From positions 1-64,000 of the forward strand of contig NW_027270906.1 in assembly GCF_040938485.1 (NCBI RefSeq): a DNA stretch of 64,000 bases, in the 5' to 3' direction. The notes under the pieces were generated by a model. The model saw only the letters and a list, made by a program, of their open reading frames with translations. It was not told the DNA's origin and ran no database searches. Below, piece after piece: positions 11,401-23,622 of this stretch. Origin of the DNA: Diadema antillarum. Lineage: Eukaryota. Each line of letters starts with the position of its first letter. Within the stretch, counting starts at the first letter, position 1. The translations under genes and the position numbers were made by a program.

Positions 11401-14096
11401 ATTTTACATGAAAGATAAGTCTAGCCTCCTGCCAGAGCTAAAGCTCCAAAAACTATTAATATTTTGTGGTGGTCCTTTTTGATCCAATATTCAAAGGCAC
11501 AAGCAATGCACTTCATCCTATGATTTCAATTACCTTATTCTTGATCCTTAGTAAACAAGACAGGACAAGCCAAGAGTACTGCCCACAGAGAAGGCATCAT
11601 ATCTACACACAACAGTATCAGGCCATTTATCAGTAATATTCAATCTATCATAACAATTTTTGTCATCTTCCAACTTTTTGCAGAGCTTCCCCAATTTTCA
11701 TTGAAAAATAAATCTTCATGGTAATACAGTATTTCCTTCAAGATTAGATTACTGTAAGAGTGGACATTTTGAGGCAATTGTTTTTGTTTTCTGTATTTAC
11801 TGAAATATTTCCCAAATTTGAAAGCCCTAATCTGCAGTGTGCAAAATTTGTGAAAAATTTCACAATATGCAACATTTACAGTAGAATGAAACTCAGACAC
11901 TAAATGACCATATCCCCTTAAACTTAAATTTGATCTGTTAAGCGAAGTCAATGTCCCACCTGGCTCCCAGCATTCAATAGTGGTGTGATGACTGAGCCGT
12001 CCTGGTTGTTTAGGATGGGGACAAGGCAACGGAAGGCGTGGGAAACCAACTCCTGGGGGCGCCCTCTTGCCCCTCTACTTGGGTCATAGTACCTTGACAA
12101 TCAAAATGAGAAGTTAGTCATGACTTGTCAATTGCTGCAGAGATTGTATCAAAAGTGTGATGTAATTCGATATAGTAAAGTTTACTGAACATATTGTTAA
12201 CATATGAATGTACAAACATGTACACATATAAATATATAGAAAATAATACAGATTAATCACCTTCCTCTCAGAAGATTCCCTACAAGAGCACAACACTTTT
12301 TTTCATTGGTATAACTATAGTCCTTGATAATCATGAGATAAGCACATAAGAAAATCTAAAGGACAGGTCAGGGTGTGGCATTTCATCAAGTGTTTTGTCA
12401 GTGATTTTCAGTGACGAATTTGCTCTTAGCAAATCAGATGTGAGGATTTCAGCTAAAAACAGTTGTAAGTGACTGACAAGTTTCATGAAATGCTGTTCTG
12501 ATGTTGGATTGCGACTATAACTGCTTGTTTCATTGCTCCCAGCATCACCCTTTTATATTAGACCAGCACATTTCATCTTTACACCTGTGATACATTACAA
12601 CAATAAAAACACAAAACTTCTTGTCTATGCTTCTGTATACTCGTTCTTTGCAATACACATACCACCTTACAAACATACACACACATACACATTCTCACAC
12701 TACTTTACAACAATTTGAATAATGAGGGTGATTACCACTGCACTTCACAAGGCAAACATACATAACCTTGGTATTGACTCTGTGCAAAATAACAAACAAT
12801 GTACAAGGAACACTTACAGTAAATAACCAGGAGACATCAAATCAATTCTCAAAAGAGTCTAGGAAATACTGTATATGCCGAATATTTTGCGAATTTCGTG
12901 AGTCAGGTGCTATTCGCAAAATAACAGACACACGAAAATAATGGCTCTGATCCTAATATGAATGAGACTTACACATAACAATTTCTCTGTTCAGTAAATT
13001 ACTCCACAATCGCAAATTAAGCCACTTGCAAAATCGTCGAGAAGTCCCGATTCACGGAAAATATGGCATATACAGTAGTTTACAAAATAAGATTTATCAA
13101 AAACAAACAAAACAAAACAAAAAACAAGAAGACATTCTGGCAAACACGTCATACTTTTTTCCAGAAAATTCTCCCCCTCTGCTCTCAAAGCAAAGCAATC
13201 TATGATAAGGCAGGTGGTCAGGGAGAGGCTTGGTCCACCAGCAGGAATACAGGGCACGAAGATCCTCCTCTTGGTGGCTCCTTTTCAGCTGGGCCACATC
13301 AATCTCAAGATTCTTATAGAGGGCGCCCATCACACCTATGCCTTTGCTGTAGCTTCCTACAAAGCAGAGAGAGAAATAAATTCCCAACAATTTTCCTTTG
13401 GACTAAGAGCACCTGTTGAATATGTCCTGATAAAGATATTGACAAGATTTGTCGATGACATGTCAGACTTTCCAGTCCTGACCACCTGAAATGTTTTAAA
13501 ATATTACAAGCAAGTTTAATGCAAATACATGAAAAAACTTACCCTGAGTTGCATGTCAAGATTACAATAAAAGAATATCCTTTTGTGATAAAATGTATTT
13601 CAATAAAACTTGCTAGAAAAATGTATCAGATACTAAATAATGGCAGAGAATCATCACATGTTTACAGTGTATTGGGAAGAAATGTAGCAAAACAAACAAA
13701 ATTGCATGAAAATACTAAAAACAAAGTACAAAAAACAACAAACAAGCAAACAAACATACCATTTCCCTGGTATAGTTTTGCTTGGTAAAAAAATTAAAAT
13801 TTTTTTTTTTTTTAAATATGGAGAGGCTCCATCTGCCCTTGGGATTAGTTAATCTTTTACGGATTCTACATGATAGGAAAAACAAATTACAAAACAACCT
13901 TACCTCCAAAGGCTGATACCAGGATGACATCTACTTTGTCTGAGTTAGGAAGCTTGGTGATATCTCCAAGGCAGAGCTCAATCCTACAGTCTCCTCCAGG
14001 TGTCCGCACGCACAAGGTGTCCTTTACAAGGAGGCCTGGAACCGGACCATCCGCATCACTGGGCCCCTCGGGACAATCGGTCAGAGTCGAACTCAT
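8414..14096 (-). CDS. Uncharacterised Macro-like domain + TIR + TIR protein, 3'-incomplete. Coding exons 14096-13904, 13356-13155, 12092-11960, 11179-10961, 10342-10147, 9497-9338, 8649-8414 (1339 nt, ~446 aa)
   Basis: All six introns are GT-AG with matching phases (1,2,0,0,1,2) and no internal stop. Macro-like motifs: [60 protein letters not shown]1: [11 protein letters not shown]...[40 protein letters not shown]2 starts [22 protein letters not shown]...[13 protein letters not shown] and ends at a gtgagt donor at 8413. An in-frame upstream stop in the putative UTR exon supports the ATG at 14096. Confidence 0.88.
10005..10089. mobile_element. 85-bp piggyBac-like MITE (TTAA TSD, CC...GG termini), copy 1
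   Basis: ttaa|cctattgaggac...gtcctcaacggg|ttaa; a closely similar copy lies at 26378-26462. Confidence 0.75.
12867..13077. mobile_element. MITE with tactgtatatgcc...ggcatatacagta terminal inverted repeats
   Basis: TIR of ~20 bp (tactgtatatgccgaatattt versus aaaatatggcatatacagta). Confidence 0.65.
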
Positions 14097-14725
14097 CTTG
14101 GCTCGCCTCCCTAGCCTGTATTGGTGTCATTTTCAAACCCAGATTATCATACTGACCAAAAGTCAAGGGTGCAACCACTTTAAGGCAAGTTGAACTGATT
14201 GAGTTTCAGTTTCAGTTTAATTTGTCCACTTGTACATATGGAATCTTTATGATAGATTGCCTACAATGTCCTTATCAGAATATAAATAAGAGTACGTAGA
14301 GAGCTTTTCAAGGAATAAATCTAATTCCATGTACATGAGAACAGAACAATATCATATTTGAAGGTACAAGTGGAGGAATCATGTGACTGTCAAACAAGAG
14401 AAGAGATCATTAGACAGTGAGTGCTAACCAATTGAGAACCAGTAATAACTTGCATAGTATATAATTAAAGTATTCCTCAAATCATTCATGCTATGTAATG
14501 CTTACATTGATACCTTATAAAAGTTTATATTTCATCCAGCAAGAAAGAGAATGACACTGAAACTGTTCTATCCTTGTTATCAGTTTAAAATGATTATTTA
14601 GAGAATAAGTACTGGTAGACAGGATTTCATATATTTGTAATGTGTTGCATGACACTGGAATGAAAAAACATAAAAAACAGATGACATTTCATTATACGTT
14701 GTAGTGCTGCTTGTTAAAAAAATAT

Positions 14726-17700
14726 GGTCAATTCCAGCGTAACGGACATGACATCCAGACCACTTTTTTGTGATTCAAACCATCACACAGTGAAATTGGG
14801 AGTCTCCAAAAGATTCTAATTGAGTTTATCAGACACATTTAAGTATATGTAATGTACACAGAAAATTTCATGGAAATTTGTCAAGTGGTTGTTGAGAAAT
14901 TGCATTTTTAGCGAGCGTAACGGACATGACACTAAATGGACAAGGCATTTTGATGTACTTACCATTATGAAAATTCCTGTGAATTTTTGGATAAGATGCA
15001 GCTGGTTTTGGTCTTGATTAAACCTTTAGGTCATGCTTTACTCATAAAGTCCTAATTTAGAGTAGTTTTACTGTTCATTCTTTTTTAATAGTTTAAAATA
15101 TTGCGTAACGGACATGACACTTCGAGTGTAACGGACATGACAGTTTTGTCCACTTTTTGTAAGCTAAGAGAATTTTTTTATTACAAGGTATAGCAGATAT
15201 TCAATTGTTGGCATAGTAAGGTTAGAAGATAGGGACACACATCATAACTGCAATCATGTAATATTTCTTATATTTATATCATTTAAGGGGGGTTAGTCTT
15301 TGTTTATATTTACAAAACAAACAAATATAAAACAAATTCGCTCCTGCACCAGCTAGCTACAATTAGTGACAAATTTCCAGTTACTACCACCCACCATAGC
15401 AAAACAGGACATATTACTATTTTATACTATGGTTATTTTTTTCTTAGTGGCCTAATATTTGATACTTAGTATTATACACTAGCGTAACGGACATGACACC
15501 CTTGTAAGGTGAACCATATTTTCTTTTCTTTGTTTCAAAATAAAAAGATTAAAATAACTGCACACTGCTAACTACATTATATTCTTGAACAAAACATCAA
15601 AAAGTCCATTTATTGCAGGTTTCAGTGATCTAACAGCTACTCTCAAGCACATGGAGTACAATGCCAAGAGTACCACAATGACATACATGTACAACACAGA
15701 AGACCATGTCTCCATATCTGCGGATAGGCAAAGAAAATAGAACGAACCAGATCTGTATGAAATAAAAAGTTTGAATACAACATCATTAAAATGCACTCAG
15801 GATTGCATCAACTTTTATGCAATGAAACAGGACCACAAAACTGTTTGGTACCATTATCAAATTAGTGTTATCATCTGAAAGAAATAAGGTACAGTATGTA
15901 AATTTCACTTCGGCAAAGTTCTTTCATTTGGCATTAATTACATCCTTGGAGTAGAATCATCCTCTGTTATCCAGTCTTGGATAGACTATTGTAAAAACTT
16001 CCACTGCTAGTACCAGTATTTTATCATTGTCAACAAATGCTTTCTTTTCTTGGCTAGAAGTGAATGATGAAGCCCCCTTTTTTCTGAGAATTTTCACAAC
16101 GTAATCCATTTCCATGTAGAGTGGTCACCTGGGCAACAAAGTATTTCTTGTTTTCTTCACGGCAAATTCAACTCGTACAAATTGTATAATCAACTTATTG
16201 CTTGCTTAGGCACTTCTTAAGGCTTGTCAGAGTGGTGTACTGGTTACATTATTCTCACCAGCTTGTGAGTAGGACTTTTTGAAATACTGGATGCTTTCCC
16301 TACCAACTGGTTGTAACTGATTATACAGTGTACCTTTCAGTAGATAAACATTTTCTCATACATGTAGCATCTCAAAATTGTGCTTTTTGTACGATGCTGT
16401 GCGCTGTCATATGGTCGGTATATCCCTTGGCATAGAGGTACATCTAGTTTAGTTGTATTGATGAAATGGATAGGAAGCATTCAGACCGACTTTCTCTGAC
16501 GATAGAGCTACAGCACTGTACATGTTCTGTCAACATGCTTAATAAAGCAAACAATTCCATTCTCAGCCCTCTTGGCAAGTGATATCTCATTAACATGCCA
16601 CTGAAGGTGTGGATTTATAGAGTCATAGAGATGAGGGAGGTACATGCATGGATGCAGCACAAACATTTTTTTTTTTTAAATTATGAGGCAACACCATCAG
16701 TGAAGACATTGATGCTGGTGACATATATGGATTCTTTGTTGTATCATCAGTGATCATTGGATGCACGAGGATCCATTTGTGCAGGAGTTCCAGGCTGTTG
16801 TGTTGACTCCATGGTGGATATGCTATGCATTAAATGTGGTCTACAATGTACTTTAGTATAAAGTGCTCATTTTAAGTATTGAAGGGAAGGCCAACAGTGA
16901 AAACTCCATTGTCTAAATACTCCTTGGAATGACAGCTGCTGTCTATCAGTCAGGATTACAAGAGGTGGGAATGGATCAAACTGGTGTAACAGGGTAGCAA
17001 GATCATCTAAAATCAAGTCTTCCAGTGGCAGAAAGCAAAGTCTGCTTGTTTTTGTTATATTGAGTGATGTGCAGACTTAAATATTTACTCAAGTATAGAA
17101 ATGTCCTACTATCCTCAAGCAATTAAAACTGATCACCACCCTGTGTCACTGGGCCACAGTGTTATTTCTGCCATTTCTAATATGAGGTGTCATGTCCGTT
17201 ACGCAAAGTGTCATGTCCGTTACGCCATTTACAGGAAAACTAGAAGTGGTATAGAAAAATGGTTTCCACACATGCAAGGGGATTCAATCCTAACATAGAA
17301 AATGAATTTACAGCAACTTTACACTAATTTCCTCATGGCTATGAAAACTTATAGTAAAAAACGTAACGGACATGACGCTCCAAATGTTATAGAAATCACA
17401 CAACTTTGAGGATCAATGGGTCAAAAACTTATGAATGTTAAGGAAGTTGGTTGTGATTTTCCGTTGATATATACACTGGACTATGATTTAAAAGTTGAAG
17501 GAGGCTTCTAGGACATATCTGGCCTTCTTTAGAGACAGGAACACTAAACTCTTTAAAAATAGCAAAATTTTTGCATCATTGCAACATATCATACAGTATT
17601 TTCATTGACTGAGAAAAATACAAAATTTTGTAATGACAATGATGCGACTAGTGAAAAATGAAAATATATATGTTGCTTTTTTAGAATATTTGAGAACTTA

Positions 17701-17757
17701 AGTGAAACTCAAAACTTCATTTTTTCACCAAAGTGAACATTTCTCATGGAATTGCCC
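14726..17757 (-). mobile_element. Apparently full-length (3.03 kb) decayed Sola2-like DNA transposon in intron 1 of the Macro-TIR gene
   Basis: Termini ggtcaattcca / tggaattgccc with 4-bp ATAT TSD (14722-14725, 17758-17761). About eight subterminal cgtaacggacatgac repeats occur in both orientations. Minus-strand transposase remnants INVFTDGVAS*FKK (~16680-16712) and QWHVNEISLAKRAENGI (~16555-16603) are broken by stops. Confidence 0.75.
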
Positions 17758-18329
17758 ATATACGGAATAAAGTAAGACCATTACTTATACTGCAAGCATG
17801 TCTGTTTATTAAACGAAGCTATTTTTTTTCCCCAGGAATTTTTCCCATCTAGAGAAAAAACAAATCAGCTAAGAGTTCTCTTCCAGTGATTTCAAAATAA
17901 AAGGAAAGTTCACCTCTATTACTCAATTTTTTTTCCTTCTGTTGTAACATCAATTGTATGCCAGAGGATAACATTCTGAAGGAGTTCTAACTGCACAAGT
18001 CTAAAAAATATCTGTATTTTCCTGTCCTTCTACTTGCATTGTAATCAATTCAGCTATAACTTACAAATCCATGGTTTCCAGGCACTGCTTCTTTGACCTT
18101 CTGTGCTTGAGCTGGTGTTGACAAAACTGGTTTTACTGCTATACCTTGGTCAACTTTGGTACCACATTTCATGTCATGCCGATGGCATTGGGAGGAATGT
18201 TGCTTCAAGATTTGTTGACTTGTAACAGATTTAGATGCCTGTTGAAATCAGTCAAAAGGAAAAACAAGAACAGCATAAATAAAGTAAGCAATACGCTTCA
18301 TATCTTACTATTTTATCACACTGTCTCAG

Positions 18330-18743
18330 CGTAATGCTGAAAGTGTAATGTCCATAACGTAACATTTGTGAACCTGTAGAGTAAATGCTGAATCTGTTTT
18401 ACACAATTATCAATCTACAACTTAAATAGGACCGGAGTACTCATTTCACAAGAAAATTTCCTTTACTTATAATGCTCCAATTCATAAATATTTCAACATA
18501 TCCACATAAGAGGTACATTATCGTGTCCAAAAAATGTAATGTCGGTAACGGCAAGTATTTTGTGTAATAACTACCACATGATTCTGTAACTAATCAAAAC
18601 TGGGACTGTTAACACTTCAGGATGACTGGATTAGAATAAACCTAGTTGAATGGATTCAGAATGATTATGCTGAAATGTTGATATAGGGCCACAAAGTCAC
18701 AGAAAATTCTCTGAATGTAATGTCTGTAACGCTGGAATTGCCC
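18330..18743. mobile_element. Terminal fragment of a related Sola2-like element
   Basis: Repeated tgtaatgtc(c/g/t)(a/g)taacg motifs and terminus ctggaattgccc at 18743, similar to the ends of the 14726-17757 element. Confidence 0.5.
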
Positions 18744-21042
18744 ATAACACTATTAACAGTAATGTTTTGTAAGAACAATCACTAAAGCAGCATACAGAAA
18801 TTCTGTTCACTGTTATGGCAGCTGTTTGTTGGAAGTCATTCTCAATGCACATCTTTATAAAACAAGACCATGTTCAAAGTATTTTTAGCGGCACGTAAGC
18901 TAAAAAGAACTACCTTGCATAAACTTTGATAACAAGTTTGCTTTGAACTCGAAGCAACCTCAATATCAAAGCAATTAACAAGACAAATAAAAGGACCATA
19001 TTTATCAAAACTCAAATACAATGTAAGATGAATGCATACAAAGAGAAATTGTCCAGAAATATAGGATCCTAATGAATGAGAAATGAGAAAAGAAAAAGGA
19101 TTCAATCTCAATGGAATAACATTTTCTTTGCTTATTTTCAAGTACAGTGTAGTACATTAATCTAGGTTTGTGTTTTTTTTTTCTATCAAAATCATATGCC
19201 AATAAAATAATGAAATATCACTCAGTATCAAATTCATACACTTACAGTGCTACTAATCCCCTCTGTTTAGTATACAGACCAGTCATTAGAATGTCATCCT
19301 GCTCTCCTGGTACATTATTTAAAACACACACACACACAACACACACATACACACATACACATTTAGTGGCATTTTGAGTGAGTGTGGTATATATGCACAA
19401 AAACATTGAATGCTGTTCCATCCACGCAACATTTTACAAAAGAACATATATTTATTATGATGAAATGATAAAGCCTAAATTCTTGTAGCCTAGCTCCTTC
19501 AAATCAGAAAACTTTTGAGTGAATAAAAAGTTATAAGCCAACCATGGGTGCTATTCATAGCTATTATGGCATGTTTATTGAGACTTTCTTCAGTGTTGCA
19601 GAACATACACTGTAATCACTCCTTTTTACTCAAGGACTTTACTTGTACAATAGACAGTTCAATACATTATTCATGAGGTGACTTGAATGGTATGTCCAAA
19701 TAAGGCATTGGTGGTAGCACGCACAGCAAACACAAAAGCTTTATGAACTGTATGCCACAGCTTTCAGTATACATGGACTATTGCACCACACACCCCTCAA
19801 CAACAACAACAAAATACACACGTGTAAATGTCTAACTTAGCAAAGGTATGACACTCTATGATACATCGCCTAACAATCACACTGACTAGTCTACGTATCT
19901 AGACTCCTTTAATGGTACTGTGCAGACTCTGGTAGTCTCTCCTGTTATCTTTGCAATTAGTTGTTTAATCTCCCTCTCTAATACTTTGAGATTATATTTT
20001 GCATTTCCAGCCAGTGTCTTTCCCTACAATGCATTTTTAAAGAATCTTTGTTTTATCTTAAGTAACTGATAAAGTACATAATCATATTGTGTCATGTATA
20101 TAATTATGTGAACATTTCATACCGATCCATGCCTAGATTACATTAGAAATACATCTGGGCTTCAAACTTTGCCCCCCCCCCCCCCCCTTCATAATGGTCT
20201 GATACATCCGATATAAAAATACAAACATACACTGTACTTGCATGGGAAGAATTAGATCAAACTTGGAAAGTTGACATAAACTTTCTATCTTCATGTGGCG
20301 TCAATAAACCCCGGGGTGCTCTTTTACACAGTTTTTTTTTTGCATTCGGGCTGGTCGCAGTTACAGTTGCCAATTGCTAGTTGCTGCTCAGATTTGTGTG
20401 TGTTCTTTTGATGGGCTACATACAGGACTGACCTCTAGGCACTATTTTAATTCAAATAACAGCACCACTGCTCAGGGCTGCCACGATCCTGCCCAGCTAT
20501 AATGAGTCATACAGTCCCTCATTTGTGTCTCTTCCTGCATGAAACAATAGCAAGCCATGAATCAAATTCTGAGACAAGAAGCTATGACAACACAATTTAC
20601 GCTAAAAATATTCAATAACTTGTCAAATTAACTTATGTAATTATGCATTCTTTTCTTCTAAGCTTCTTCTTCTTCAGGGTATGAATGTGCCTCCTTCAAT
20701 CCTGAAAATTATTCCTAATAATTATCATGTGGTATGATTTGTTTGGTGTTGATCAAATTGGATTTACACTAAATCATACTGCGATTACTGGTACAGGATT
20801 ACAGACAGAAAAATCTGCCTGTCCGTAGGAGTTTTTCAATTATTATTATTTTTTTTTTTACATGCACGGCCCTCCTCTGTAGGTTTGAACATATCCACGA
20901 CAAGATCAAATTCAAAGATACAGACCGTTCTATTGGTCAAATCTTACCGTTTAAAACAGGAAAAGAGCACTAAATTACACAAAATCAGTAAAAATTCTGG
21001 AAGAGAGGAGATTAATTTGTAAAAGTACAATGTTGTACATAC

Positions 21043-21300
21043 CTCGTTCTGTCTGTCAGGAGGGTGAATAGCGTTGGAGGATCAGTGGTATCGTTTGGCC
21101 TACTCCACCGAGATCAACATCACTTCCGCAGTACGCCCTTGGCCCTTGCTGATGTGCCGCTGTAGCGGCTGCTCTGGCTAGCTACCGGGCTACTCTCCCG
21201 GAGGAAAGGGGCCACACGGGCGGGAGAGCTCGAGAGGCTAAACCAGTAGTGTCAGTACGCGTGGGAAACACTAATCCATGTCCAAGCAGCTCAGCAGTAA
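21043..21300 (-). promoter_or_regulatory. Putative non-coding first exon / CpG-rich promoter of the Macro-TIR gene
   Basis: CpG-rich island containing an ETS-type gcggaagtg motif (~21121-21129, minus strand), ending in a strong gag|gtatgt donor at 21043/21042. It could splice to the tacag acceptor at 14115. The 5' boundary is approximate. Confidence 0.5.
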
Positions 21301-22137
21301 AGTGTTTCAAAAGTGAATCATAGTATGGCGTTTTCTACTTCCTACTCTTTCCTGTCCAACCCTGGCATTAGCCTTTCACCTGGCAAATCCTGTTCTTTTT
21401 ATATTTACAGGAAACAACTTTAATCTCGTCTACGATGTACACGCCACCAGCAGATGTTCACGGTAATGACTGTATTAAAACGCTAGACTGATGACCAGTC
21501 GCGGCAGGTACGTCGTCGGCGAATGTAAGATCCTCTCTCTTTCGGTTTTGGTGTCGGCGCGATCACAGGATTCGCAACAGCTGTACATTTATGTAAATAA
21601 TGAGTACATGTACGTCCCCTCTCCCACCGGAAGTATCAGAATCGCAGGTGTACGGAATACGGTAGTCATGTCTGTGAGCTTTGACAGTGGAGGAAGCTGC
21701 AAAATTAGGCCTACTTCGGATAAAAGTTATCGCTCTTTTATAAACCAAAATGGAGCTTATCTATATCAATCTCTCCCTCCCTCTCTCTGACTCTCTGCTA
21801 TACCTACTCTTTCCTATGAAATCAAGTCATCTGTGTATCTGAACATCTACATTTATTGATCTATTTCTTTCTTTCTTTCTCTCTTTCTTTCTTACTTTCT
21901 TTCTTTCTCTCTTTATTTATTCATTCATTTATTTATTTATTCATTTATTTATGTATTCATCTATCTATCAGTCTATCTATCTGACAGTATCTAGCCATCT
22001 ATCTATAATTCATCTCTCTGTAATTGATCTAAAGGTATCTATCTACATAATATATTATGTATCCGTCTTTGTATTTAGCAATTAATCTATCCATCCAGCA
22101 TCCATCCATTCATTTTTCCATCTAGCTATCTTTCTAT

Positions 22138-22650
22138 TATAGAATGGGTAGCGAGAATCCTGCGATCTGATTGGTCGAGAGCTATGTGTTCATTTTTACT
22201 GGCCGCACGCTGAGTCACAGTGGTAAACATGTTATCGCGCACTTAGCAAGAGTACGCGTACTTGTAACAAAGGTTCGCGCACTAAAGCAAGCGTTCGCGC
22301 ACTCAGCTTGGCCATGCATCCAGTAAAAACTTATGCATGGCTGGCCATGCATCCAGTAAAAACGGTAAGTACGGGTATGCATGCCCTTTACGGAAAGCCA
22401 AAACGAAATGCATCCAGTAATTTTGTCATCGGGTAACACGATAGAAAACTGGGTTTTTGACAAGAAAATTACCCATTCTATAAATCAAATGACGCACATG
22501 TCTTTTCGTGCGTCAGTCGGAATATAGTGTGCATGCGGTAACTATGGAATTTAGCCTAAACCCACTCGGCTTCGCCTCGTGGGTTAAGCATTCCATAGTT
22601 ACCTTATGCACACAATTCCGACTGACGCACTCAGACCTGTGCGTCATTTG
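22138..22650. mobile_element. Adjacent inverted-repeat elements: TIR element 22138-22482 and 165-bp hairpin 22486-22650
   Basis: tatagaatggg...cccattctata termini; then caaatgacgcaca...tgtgcgtcatttg with arms pairing almost to a central ctcggcttcgcctcg loop. Confidence 0.7.
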
Positions 22651-23221
22651 TATACTGTTCTATACTGTTGTTCTAATCATCAATCACTTCATTTTAATTT
22701 GTGAACCTTCTACTTTATACCTAAATAATCTACCTTCTGATCTATCTTCCATGAAATCATCATCTTTATCTTCTTTCAACCTGTTTTCCTTTGCATAGTA
22801 TGCGTTCATTCTTCATTATCTCTGATGAACCGTATTTTTGTGTCCATGCATGTATTTTCCAAAGAATTATTTATACATTGTATGTCACCTTATGCACCAT
22901 ACTAACTCTCTATCAGAGTTTATTCCATGCATTACTTTTAAGTTGACAATCCACCTAGCTAGTGACATTATTAAGAAAGTACCAGGAGTTGGGACCTTTA
23001 CAGAGTGTAGATGTAGAATAGATCACCCTGAACTTCTTTCTGTGGTATTCAGTTAGCTGATTATCTCTCCATTATCTATTTATCACACTTTTTTCACAGA
23101 GCAATGAACTACTTGTATAATTGGTCTTCTGATTCAAATCTGAATTGTAAACTCATCTCTTGGCATTAAACCAAACCATGACTTTATTCAAGATTCTACC
23201 CTCTAACACTACTTTATAAAA

Positions 23222-23474
23222 CAGTGGCGGACCAGGTGTGCCAGGCATGCGCCCCCTTTAATTTTTGTTTAAATAAAAGAAAGAAAAAGAAAGAAATGAA
23301 AATGGGTGTTTAATTTTTGTTCGCCAGAAAATTGCACTGAAGTCTTTTTTTTTTTTGCTTGTCAGCAGGTGAAACCCGAAAGTGGCACGGAAAAAATGCA
23401 AGGGGGAGATCTTTTTTTTTTTTTTTTTGCTTGTCAATTGTCAGGTGATGAAACCCGAAAGAGGCTTTATCCTA

Positions 23475-23537
<63 letters not shown>

Positions 23538-23622
23538 GTGTGCTTGTCACATGATTAAACCCGGAAGTGGCACCAGAAATATTTTGCCGCCCCCCTTTAC
23601 TGAAATCCTGGATCCGCCCCTG
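23222..23622. mobile_element. cagtggcgga...ggatccgcccctg MITE family member with internal (TG)n microsatellite (~23478-23541)
   Basis: Same termini as the copies at 29762, 57719 and 62465; no matching TSD, so it may be composite. Confidence 0.6.
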
